35,168 nucleotides of DNA, from the NCBI GenBank assembly GCA_048882325.1, contig JBHLRS010000023.1:1-35168 (forward strand), in the 5' to 3' direction. Origin of the DNA: Candidatus Thorarchaeota archaeon. Its GTDB lineage: Archaea > Asgardarchaeota > Thorarchaeia > Thorarchaeales > Thorarchaeaceae. The notes under the pieces were generated by a model that was given only the letters and a program-made list of their open reading frames with translations, had not been told where the DNA came from and made no database searches. The number at the start of each line of letters is the position of its first letter. Within the stretch, counting starts at the first letter, position 1. The position numbers were made by a program, and so were the translations under genes. Below, piece after piece: positions 9,857-17,712 of the stretch.

Positions 9857-10156
9857 CTAGATAGAGAACCTGTAGGCTTCATCAGCTCCCTCGAAGTCAC
9901 CGAGTTTTGCGAGGATGTCTCCTATTCTTCTCCATGCTTCTTTGTGAAGGGAGTCTTGATTGACAGCCGATCGGAATGCAGCAGCAGCGGCAATACCATA
10001 TCCCCTCCACTGCAACAGTTTTCCATAGGCAATCCAGCCCTCGACATCCCAGGGTCTGTCGACTAGCATCATTCCCATCATGTCCATTGCGAGAACTGGG
10101 ATAAACGGAACTGTGAATGCTAGGACCACCAGTATAACAATCATTACGACAAGCAT
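9857..10156 (-). CDS. Small membrane-anchored TPR protein
   Basis: Hydrophobic N-terminus followed by two TPR-like units (GWIAYG..., EAWRRIGDILAKLGDFEGADEAY). Confidence 0.7.
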   Translation of the reverse strand: MLVVMIVILVVLAFTVPFIPVLAMDMMGMMLVDRPWDVEGWIAYGKLLQWRGYGIAAAAAFRSAVNQDSLHKEAWRRIGDILAKLGDFEGADEAYRFSI

Positions 10157-10177
10157 GCTGCTAAAATCTCTGAAAGT

Positions 10178-10987
10178 TCACTTTTCTTCGTTGTCAAATA
10201 GCACAGAGTTGAGAAATATGTCAATTCCGAAGCGACCCTTAGTCATTTCGAGATACCAAGGTCCTGTTAGGTCCAGAGCCTCTCGAATCTCCGGGATATT
10301 CTTGCCCTCTTCATGAAGTTCCTGAACCTTTATTCGAAATTCTTTGAGAAAATCAATTCTGACCTGAATATGCTCCTGTGGTGATATGATTGGTCCTCTG
10401 TGGGAGTCAAAGAGAATATCAATGTCCATTGCTGCGATCTTCTCCAGCGTCCTAATGATTGTATGAGCATTCTCATCTGGCATACCGATTACCTTACGAG
10501 ATGGGACCGGCACCGCATCAGCTGAGAACAACCACTTTTGGTTTGGTTCATAGAACCCAACCATCTGTTGGCCATGTCCTGGTAGTGCGACCACCTCAAA
10601 CTCAAATCTACCAATTGTAAACTGGGGTGGCATTATCTCGATATTAGTCACAGGTCTTGCTTGTCCCCAAACAATGTCAAAGAACTCTGGGATTATTGGT
10701 GGATTCTTGATCAAGTCAATATCTTGCTCCATAGCAAATATCCTTGCATGAGGAAAGGCTGGTAATCCTCCAACATGGTCTTCATGTATATGGCTCACAT
10801 AGATCTTGTTGACCACGGTCTCTGCCGCAAACTTCTCCATTTCTCCAAGTGCATTTGCACATCCTGCGTCAAATAGCGTGTCCTCAATGAGGTGTGCGAT
10901 AGCCCACATTATAGGCTTTCCATCCTCCATCGCTGTAGCGGTCTTGACAAGAGTTACGTCCTCATTGAAGTATTCAACTTCAAACAT
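10178..10987 (-). CDS. Metallo-beta-lactamase fold hydrolase
   Basis: FDAG, SHIHEDHVGG, PGH, FSAD and SH motifs. ATG at 10987 preferred because the ORF-track start (11071) overlaps DUF763. Confidence 0.9.
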   Translation of the reverse strand: MFEVEYFNEDVTLVKTATAMEDGKPIMWAIAHLIEDTLFDAGCANALGEMEKFAAETVVNKIYVSHIHEDHVGGLPAFPHARIFAMEQDIDLIKNPPIIPEFFDIVWGQARPVTNIEIMPPQFTIGRFEFEVVALPGHGQQMVGFYEPNQKWLFSADAVPVPSRKVIGMPDENAHTIIRTLEKIAAMDIDILFDSHRGPIISPQEHIQVRIDFLKEFRIKVQELHEEGKNIPEIREALDLTGPWYLEMTKGRFGIDIFLNSVLFDNEEK

Positions 10988-11030
10988 ACGACGGGTGCAT
11001 GCATGGCATAACTTGATTCCTTCGGTATAG

Positions 11031-12161
11031 CTATGCCGCCACTTCACGTTCGACAAGGATGGGTGGTGCAAACTTACGAAGTCGTTTCAGTCCTAAAATC
11101 TTGTCTTGTCTTCCTACTTTGGAATCGCTCAGTGCCCGCTCCATGAACTCAATGGCTTTATCATAGGCTTTGCGAGGTACAGGGAACGGAACTCCATCCT
11201 TTCCTCCAAAGGCAAAACACATTCTCACTGGGTCTGCCCATGATGCTGGAGTCCCAAAAATGATCTCAGAGATGAGGGACAGCCCTCGAATAGATGCAGG
11301 GCCCATTCCTCTCATGAACAAGAGGCGCTCATAATCTGATGGTTGGGTTTCGTATGCTCGGCGAACAGCATCCCAGTCCATTCTTGTGGGCGTGACTTTG
11401 TATGATGGAAGGCTCACAAGTGGTTCATTCCTCTCTATCCATGGAATGAGAGTTGTCTGTCCGTATGACTTTATGTCTTCGAAATATCTCCTAACTCTTG
11501 CTGGGTCCTCCTTAACAATATCAACACTGACCTTCCGACAGTCACTCGAAGCTTTCGAGGTCATGTCTAGGGCCGATTCTCTTACTTGTCCTGAGATCAA
11601 TCCAGAGTGTGGCTCATCAATGAGGCTGACCGCATCAAAGGATGACCAGTGATAGCGTCTTGCGTCGTTGTTATCAGTACCCATTCCTTGTTGAACAACA
11701 GTCCAATTTTCATCCGAATCTACAAAGAACATGTGCTGGTAGAGATTATACCCATCCTGTATTCCTGCATTATCAACCTTCGCCACGGACCTACTAATTT
11801 CAACCAGTCCTGCACCATCCAGACCATAATCCTCTAATGCTCGCAATTCAGTAGGGACTTTCCTAGAGGCTTTTCCCTTTCCTCCAATCCCAATCATTCC
11901 ATGTCGCTCAAAGTCGAGTGCAGTCTTCAAAACTCCGCAGGTCACTGTTGTTGAACCTGAACTGTCCCAATCGTATCCTAGAACGTTTGATAGAGCTTGA
12001 AACCAAACTGGATCTGCGAGTCGGTGTAGCAGTTCTGAGGTCCCATACTCATCCACTATGAACTCACATAGAGTACTTGCCATCGGAATCATACGTTTAA
12101 CTAACCAGTGAGGTGCTTTTCCAGGGTGTAGTTTAAGGTCTGCAACGCCGCCTCTTTTCAT
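11031..12161 (-). CDS. DUF763 family protein
   Basis: ADL.LH.GKAP.WL, DP.WFQ, WDSSGSTT, KVDN...QDGY.LY, WTVVQQGM, ARRYHW and GGKDGVPFPV; GGAGGTG SD. Confidence 0.92.
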   Translation of the reverse strand: MKRGGVADLKLHPGKAPHWLVKRMIPMASTLCEFIVDEYGTSELLHRLADPVWFQALSNVLGYDWDSSGSTTVTCGVLKTALDFERHGMIGIGGKGKASRKVPTELRALEDYGLDGAGLVEISRSVAKVDNAGIQDGYNLYQHMFFVDSDENWTVVQQGMGTDNNDARRYHWSSFDAVSLIDEPHSGLISGQVRESALDMTSKASSDCRKVSVDIVKEDPARVRRYFEDIKSYGQTTLIPWIERNEPLVSLPSYKVTPTRMDWDAVRRAYETQPSDYERLLFMRGMGPASIRGLSLISEIIFGTPASWADPVRMCFAFGGKDGVPFPVPRKAYDKAIEFMERALSDSKVGRQDKILGLKRLRKFAPPILVEREVAA

Positions 12162-12216
12162 TGCGACACCTCCATTGTATAATCCTAGATTCGCATAGAT
12201 AAGGTGCCCGAAATCT

Positions 12217-12564
12217 CTAGAGGGCTGCTCGCATATTGTCTAGTTTCTGTCTCGACTCATCTCCAGCCTGTTGAAGCCAAGTCTCCAGTGTATCGCAACC
12301 ATAGTCATCACAATGCGCACAGGTTTCAACACCACGCTTACTTCCACACGCTCTCACTGTACAAGTTGAACAGAACTTCAATTTCGGTTCAGCATCAATC
12401 TTGCAACCAACACAATTGATCTCGTCTGCCGAAAGAGGATACTCTGGACTTCCCCATTCTGCAGCCTGCTTCTTCCGTAGTTCATCGTCATTAGTCTTCC
12501 ATGCGATATGTGCTGGACATTCAGCACAGTCATGCCCGCAATACGCTATCATGCTCTCGGTCAT
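12217..12564 (-). CDS. DUF3795 cysteine-rich (metal/Fe-S-binding) protein
   Basis: IAYCGHDCAEC, INCVGC, C..C..R.C and TCAHCDDYGC. Confidence 0.88.
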   Translation of the reverse strand: MTESMIAYCGHDCAECPAHIAWKTNDDELRKKQAAEWGSPEYPLSADEINCVGCKIDAEPKLKFCSTCTVRACGSKRGVETCAHCDDYGCDTLETWLQQAGDESRQKLDNMRAAL

Positions 12565-12711
12565 GAGTATCTATAGTTACAAGGTGGAATAAAAGCCCAA
12601 CAGATAACCGAAACTAATTCTAAAGTCTTTTCTTACAACTGCAGGTCAAGCAATCCTTTTATTCGTAGTTCTCTAATCGTACCTGTTTGATGAATTCTCT
12701 ATATCCATGAG

Positions 12712-13260
12712 ATGGTACGAATGGCTGAGGATGCAGAATGGCAAAAAGCAGTCGACTATAAGATGTTCCTGAAGTCTGCTCGAGAGAATGTAGAGTTAAT
12801 GAAAGCAAGGTATAATGACCTTCAGATTACAGAAGGAGACCTTGAGAATCTTCGCAGTCTTCAGAATGAACTTCGAATACTTGTGATTGGTAATGATCGT
12901 TGCAGTGATACTGCAGGTAACCTCCCTATTCTGGCCAAGATGTCTGACATATCTTCCAAGCTCCAACTCCGCATCTTGGACAGTGATGCTCATGCGAGGT
13001 ATCATCAACAATTCAAGGTCAATGGAAAGAGAAAGACTCCTGTTGTTCTCATACTTAGTCCTGATGATGAAGAGCTCTGTCGTTGGGTAGAACGACCCAA
13101 TGCTGCCTATAAGGTGATTAACGAGGCCACAAATCCCTCACTCGAGAGCCGAAGACAGGAGCTGAAGAAGTTATATAGTGACACTGAGATTCAGCGGCAG
13201 AGTGTCTACGAGTTCATGAACCTTATACTTCGTGCGGACTTTATTCTAGGAAGAAGCTGA
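12712..13260 (+). CDS. Thioredoxin-fold protein (Thioredoxin_9-like), CxxT site
   Basis: ILVIG.DRCSDT..NLPIL, NGKRKTP (cis-Pro), WVERP. Confidence 0.8.
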   Translation: MVRMAEDAEWQKAVDYKMFLKSARENVELMKARYNDLQITEGDLENLRSLQNELRILVIGNDRCSDTAGNLPILAKMSDISSKLQLRILDSDAHARYHQQFKVNGKRKTPVVLILSPDDEELCRWVERPNAAYKVINEATNPSLESRRQELKKLYSDTEIQRQSVYEFMNLILRADFILGRS

Positions 13261-13262
13261 AT

Positions 13263-13919
13263 ATGTCACATCATCATGGAAAAGGTGACTGGTCTGATCC
13301 AGACTTCGTGAAACGGATGGCTCAGACCTATAATGTGAGATATGATGATTCGTTCTGGAATGCTTTTTCATCACTCACAACCAAAGAGCCAAGACCAATC
13401 GTGGCTGATTTTGGATGCGGACCAGGGCTGTTACTCGTAGACATAGCAAACCGATTCAATGCAGATGTTGCTATTGCTCTGGATGAGAGTGAAGAGATGC
13501 TCAATCTGGCAGAGGTCAAACTGAAAGAACGGACCAACCTCAAATCAATAGACATTCACCTGGTTAATTTCGATACTGAGGAGATACGCATTGCGCCTGC
13601 TACCATTGATTTTGCGTTCTCGGGATTCATGCTGCATGAGGTCGCAGGTCCTAGTGATTTTGCTTCGAAGGTCTTCAGACTGATTAAACCAACTGGAGTC
13701 TACATGGTCTATGACTTCATCTCAGGGAACGAGGATGTGTTTGTCAGGTCGATGGTTGAACACGGAATGAGTGAAGAAAAAGCAAGAAAACGATACCCAC
13801 ATATGTGCAGGCACTCAGCTGACGAGATTACACAGATATTAGAGACCTCTGGGTTCTCTGAAACTCGTGCAAAACTCATCGATGAGATTCGCGCAGTTGT
13901 AGTAGGACTAAAGAGGTAA
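13263..13919 (+). CDS. Class I SAM-dependent methyltransferase
   Basis: VADFGCGPG, ALDES.EML, FMLHEV, LIKPTG. Confidence 0.9.
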   Translation: MSHHHGKGDWSDPDFVKRMAQTYNVRYDDSFWNAFSSLTTKEPRPIVADFGCGPGLLLVDIANRFNADVAIALDESEEMLNLAEVKLKERTNLKSIDIHLVNFDTEEIRIAPATIDFAFSGFMLHEVAGPSDFASKVFRLIKPTGVYMVYDFISGNEDVFVRSMVEHGMSEEKARKRYPHMCRHSADEITQILETSGFSETRAKLIDEIRAVVVGLKR

Positions 13920-13958
13920 TCCACCATAGAATAGTTAGAAACCAGAGTGTCGAAAGTA

Positions 13959-14159
13959 ATGTCACATCATCGAAAGACCTCACCATGGGCTCATAAAAAC
14001 TCGGATTTGGAATGCCCAAAATGTGGAAGCAACCGTATAATCCGTATACTTGGGTCCTGGGCACGTCCGCGTGGGATTCAGATGTACAAGTGCACTGTAT
14101 GTCAAAAGAAGTTCTACGACCGAGGATATGATGACTATAGACCCACCTATATTCGATAG
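13959..14159 (+). CDS. Small C4 zinc-ribbon protein
   Basis: ECPKCGS..YKCTVCQKKF; lies between co-directional genes. Alternative GTG start at 13947. Confidence 0.7.
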   Translation: MSHHRKTSPWAHKNSDLECPKCGSNRIIRILGSWARPRGIQMYKCTVCQKKFYDRGYDDYRPTYIR

Positions 14160-14180
14160 ACAGTGTTCGGAGATACTTAC

Positions 14181-15320
14181 ATGTCAAGTAGGATTCAACA
14201 TATGAGATACCCCTTCTCACTTGAAGCCAGACAGGCATCGCAAAAGCTGGCTCGAGATCTGGGCGCTCTTGTTGATTTGCTTGAGGACCCAGAGAATCAC
14301 TATATTGTTAAAGCAGCAGAGAATCGGGTCTATGCCGCACTCACACAGTCGCAGATTAACTACCCGTCTATGGAAAATGAAAAGGATGTTCTGATTTACC
14401 CTACTGCTCGACTGATCGTGGAGGAGTTAGGTGTTCCACGACTCAGAGCACTTCAAGCTGAAGCTGAGTCAAAGGAGGCGAATCGACAACTGGACAAGGT
14501 GAAGGATAACAACTTCGTCATTGACCTTTGCGAGTCATCATTCAATTGGAAAGTTGAGTCAATGGGGACCCTCACCGAACGTGCTAAGCTCCCTATTATG
14601 CTTGGCACTTATGATTTGAAAATACGCTTTGAAAACTACCTTGAGGTCGCTCCTGGTTTCCATAGCGAGGAGTGGAGTCTCATCAACCGCTACTTGGACA
14701 AGGGCTGGATACCTATAAGACGTTCAGAGCTGGACCGACTCATCTCAGGCAAGTTTAGTCAGCTCATTATGCAAGGTCGGTTTGACATTCCAAGAATGTC
14801 TCAACGATTGATTGAAGCAGTCCAGAGAATCGAGGCTGAAACCAAGGGACGGATACGCCAGACTGAACCTGTGAAAATGACTGAGACCGTGTCCTCCGCT
14901 TTTCCCCCATGCATTCAGAAGATGTATGATGAATCAATCAGGGGGGAGGTAAACCTGTCACATGATGCACGGTTTGCACTTGCTGCCTTTCTTCTGAAGA
15001 TTGGAATGGAAGAACCTGAGGTACAAAAGGTGTTCAGCAGTTCTCCAGACAAGAATATCAGCCTCATTGATTATCAAATCAGACATATTGCATCGAAGAG
15101 GTCGATGGGTGTGGAAGATGCTGGTTACACGCCACCTGGTTGCAAGAAGCTGCAGGTCAACAATCTCTGTCCGGTGTATCTCGGTCAAGCCTTCGACCCT
15201 TTGTGTGAATATATCCTGAATCCACTTGGGTTCTATTCGACACGAGCATGGGAGATCTCTAATGGCATCGACGACCATTCATGGTACGCACGGAAACGAG
15301 ATAAGAAACAGAACTTCTAG
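14181..15320 (+). CDS. priL: DNA primase large (regulatory, Fe-S) subunit
   Basis: YPF..EA N-terminus, W.L.NR.L.KGW, FPPCI, LSHDARFALAAFL, YQIRHI, YTPPGC..L..NLCP...C..NPL; four Fe-S Cys present. ATG at 14181 follows GGAG. Confidence 0.95.
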   Translation: MSSRIQHMRYPFSLEARQASQKLARDLGALVDLLEDPENHYIVKAAENRVYAALTQSQINYPSMENEKDVLIYPTARLIVEELGVPRLRALQAEAESKEANRQLDKVKDNNFVIDLCESSFNWKVESMGTLTERAKLPIMLGTYDLKIRFENYLEVAPGFHSEEWSLINRYLDKGWIPIRRSELDRLISGKFSQLIMQGRFDIPRMSQRLIEAVQRIEAETKGRIRQTEPVKMTETVSSAFPPCIQKMYDESIRGEVNLSHDARFALAAFLLKIGMEEPEVQKVFSSSPDKNISLIDYQIRHIASKRSMGVEDAGYTPPGCKKLQVNNLCPVYLGQAFDPLCEYILNPLGFYSTRAWEISNGIDDHSWYARKRDKKQNF

Positions 15321-16150
15321 ACAGCACACCTCGAGTAGTGATAGAGATATTCTTGAGCATATCCAGCATATCTTCCGAAGTACTCCCGTGCTGCTGCAGA
15401 CTTCTTCGTGTATGACCTGCCAGTACTCGTGAAGATACCATAGTGCTCCTGAATCACACGTTCAATCCAGACGTCAATTGGAAACGCCTCGAGGAATCCA
15501 AGTGAGAACAGACTAACACAGTCTGCCACCTTATCACCCACACCATGCAGGCTCTTCAGTTCCCTTCGTGCAGCGAGATAATTCATTGACCGGAGTTCCT
15601 CCTCGTCTATATCCCCCTTCATAATCGCCTCAGTTGATTGCGAGATGAACTCAGCTCTCCATGCCAGACCCAGTTTCTTTAGATCTTTCACAGTTGCTTC
15701 AGATAATTGCTCAGGGGTTGGCATAGCATAGTAGACCTTTCCTCTGAACTCATATGGTGCCCCCCATTCTTCTCGGATTGATTGCGTCATTCCACGGATT
15801 GCGGGAACATTCTTCCAGACGGAGCAGAGGAAGGAAACAAGACAGGGGAAAAAGGGATCATTGATGATACGCAGGTTCGGTGCAAAGTCAATACTCCTCC
15901 TCATTATACCATCTCTGGAGATTTCCCGGTGAATCTGTTCAAGTGGGTCATGCAGCCTGAATAGTTTTGAAAGGTCCACATCACTGTGTGAGGTCTCATA
16001 GAAAATAGTGTCCTCTCTTTGTTCTACATATACCACCTGACCAATGTCCGCATTGATGTATCCCGGGCCCTCTTTGATCCAAGAGAAGGTCTGACCGCAC
16101 TCCAGCGTATCAAAGAGGTTGAAATTCTTCACCTTGAGACTTCTCATCAT
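15317..16150 (-). CDS. ogg: 8-oxoguanine DNA glycosylase/AP lyase (OGG1-like, HhH-GPD)
   Basis: FNL.DTLECGQ.F.W N-terminal domain, HhH LHGVGDKVADC, AFPIDVW, YAGYAQEYLY. Confidence 0.9.
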   Translation of the reverse strand: MMRSLKVKNFNLFDTLECGQTFSWIKEGPGYINADIGQVVYVEQREDTIFYETSHSDVDLSKLFRLHDPLEQIHREISRDGIMRRSIDFAPNLRIINDPFFPCLVSFLCSVWKNVPAIRGMTQSIREEWGAPYEFRGKVYYAMPTPEQLSEATVKDLKKLGLAWRAEFISQSTEAIMKGDIDEEELRSMNYLAARRELKSLHGVGDKVADCVSLFSLGFLEAFPIDVWIERVIQEHYGIFTSTGRSYTKKSAAAREYFGRYAGYAQEYLYHYSRCAV

Positions 16151-16243
16151 GACAAATCGAGGAGGTTCTTGAAATTAGTATTATGTTTTGGTTGTCGTTG
16201 TTTGATAGACAATGCTAAAACGAAAGACCTTGAAAGAGAATTA

Positions 16244-16310
16244 GCGGCAGTGATGAACCTCCAATGTGAGATTATGAACATATGATCGACCTAAGGGGTA
16301 TCTGAGCCGC
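16244..16310 (+). ncRNA. Candidate box C/D guide sRNA
   Basis: Intergenic, 67 nt. Perfect terminal stem GCGGC/GCCGC, C box GTGATGA 16250-16256, D box CTGA 16302-16305, degenerate internal D'/C' (GTGA or ATGA; ATGAACA or ATGATCG). Confidence 0.75.
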
Positions 16311-16315
16311 ACCTT

Positions 16316-16819
16316 CTAGTCTATCTCTGAAATGTCTGAGGATCTAGTTTTGACAATTTCAACAAGTGCATCAATCTCGTCTGGAGTGTAGATAGGTATG
16401 TCTATGCTCTGAACAGCTTGTCTATTGGACCAGCTCACTACAGCCTGTGTATTCACTGGGATGTCATCATGATCGAGCTCATTATCTCCTATACACCAAA
16501 ACTTCGGAATATCAGCAGACTTCATCCCCTCAATAATGAGGAACTCATACTTCAATAGACCAGCCAATTCATCAGAATGAACCCTGTCTTTGAGACCTCC
16601 TGATTTTCCACTAGGCTCTATGAAGATGGCCGTTGAAGCACCAGCTTGCATATGTCGCCACGTGTCAGTTCCATGACTCGGTCTGCGCTTGTGTATGGAG
16701 CTCTTGATGGTAGCAACAGAGTGTCCACTAATCACAAGCGACTTGATGATGGCTTCTATGAGCGTGGTCTTGCCTGTGCCTGAGTAACCGGAAACAGCAA
16801 ATACTCGCATTTTGTCCAA
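16316..16819 (-). CDS. mobB: Molybdopterin-guanine dinucleotide biosynthesis protein B
   Basis: VSGYSGTGKTTL, VATIK..H, GTDTWRH..AGA, LIIEGMK...PK. Confidence 0.9.
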   Translation of the reverse strand: MDKMRVFAVSGYSGTGKTTLIEAIIKSLVISGHSVATIKSSIHKRRPSHGTDTWRHMQAGASTAIFIEPSGKSGGLKDRVHSDELAGLLKYEFLIIEGMKSADIPKFWCIGDNELDHDDIPVNTQAVVSWSNRQAVQSIDIPIYTPDEIDALVEIVKTRSSDISEID

Positions 16820-16944
16820 CTTTGATTACCATGCATAAGGTAGTTTCGCTATATCAGCTTGTGTTCTGAATAGTTCTCGAACAGATGCTTGAAGGGGGAG
16901 CCTTAAAAACAGGTCTTGCAAGTTCGAATTCGGTGATATCATCT

Positions 16945-17706
16945 TTGGCCAGCGAGAAGCATGTGGCAGTTGAATGCATAGATGTACATCGTGAGTTCCA
17001 AGATGGCTCACGAGTCATCAAAGTACTACAAGGAACAAACCTGAAGGTTGATAGGGGCGAGTTTGTGGCTATAGTTGGTGCTTCAGGATCTGGAAAGACC
17101 ACTCTTCTCAATCTTATTGGTGGCCTTGATCAACCAACATCCGGGACAATACTCGTTGATGGAGAAAACATCACTAATCTCGATGATGAGAAGATGTCCA
17201 AGGTCCGTCGCCACAAGATTGGAGTTCTATTCCAAGATCAACACCTTCTCCCTATCTTTACAGCTCTGGAAAATGTTGAGGTCCCAATGCTTCTGGATGA
17301 TGTTCCTCCCGAAGAGAGGAGAGAACGTGCAATCAAGCTCCTCGAAACAGTCTTTGTTGACCACAGAGCTGCACACATGCCCCATGAACTCTCTGGCGGT
17401 ATGCGCTCACGAGTTGCTCTTGCCAGGGCACTCGCAAATGACCCTGCGATTTTGCTCTGTGATGAGCCGACTGGCGATCTGGACCACAAGACTGGAGGAG
17501 AGATCATTCAGCTAATGAGAAACCTAGCCAAGAACAAGAATCTTGCAGTTCTTGCTGCAACCCACGATCCAGAAACTGCTCGAATGGCTGACCGGATACT
17601 GCTTCTTCGAGACGGTGTTCTTGTGGATGAGCTTGTGGGCGATTTCTTCAAGCACAGTAGGGTCGATATGAGTACAAGAGATAGAGAGGCGTCTACATCG
17701 GAGTGA
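16945..17706 (+). CDS. ABC transporter ATP-binding protein (LolD/MacB type)
   Basis: GASGSGKT, LSGGM, LLCDEPTGDLD, THD. TTG start at 16945 chosen from the GGTGAT SD at 16932. Confidence 0.93.
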   Translation: MASEKHVAVECIDVHREFQDGSRVIKVLQGTNLKVDRGEFVAIVGASGSGKTTLLNLIGGLDQPTSGTILVDGENITNLDDEKMSKVRRHKIGVLFQDQHLLPIFTALENVEVPMLLDDVPPEERRERAIKLLETVFVDHRAAHMPHELSGGMRSRVALARALANDPAILLCDEPTGDLDHKTGGEIIQLMRNLAKNKNLAVLAATHDPETARMADRILLLRDGVLVDELVGDFFKHSRVDMSTRDREASTSE

Positions 17707-17712
17707 TCTTTC

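Noticed and set aside
13947-14159. IS1 InsA-like ribbon as evidence of a mobile element
   Set aside because: No InsB/DDE ORF, terminal inverted repeats or target-site duplication; priL follows directly.
15317-15320. priL and ogg stop codons share CTAG
   Set aside because: Ordinary convergent overlap in a compact genome.
16019-16285. 88-aa + strand ORF, and similar short ORFs at 1351, 1529, 4066, 17075 and 25661
   Set aside because: They overlap well-supported genes or sRNA candidates and have no recognisable motifs; treated as shadow ORFs.
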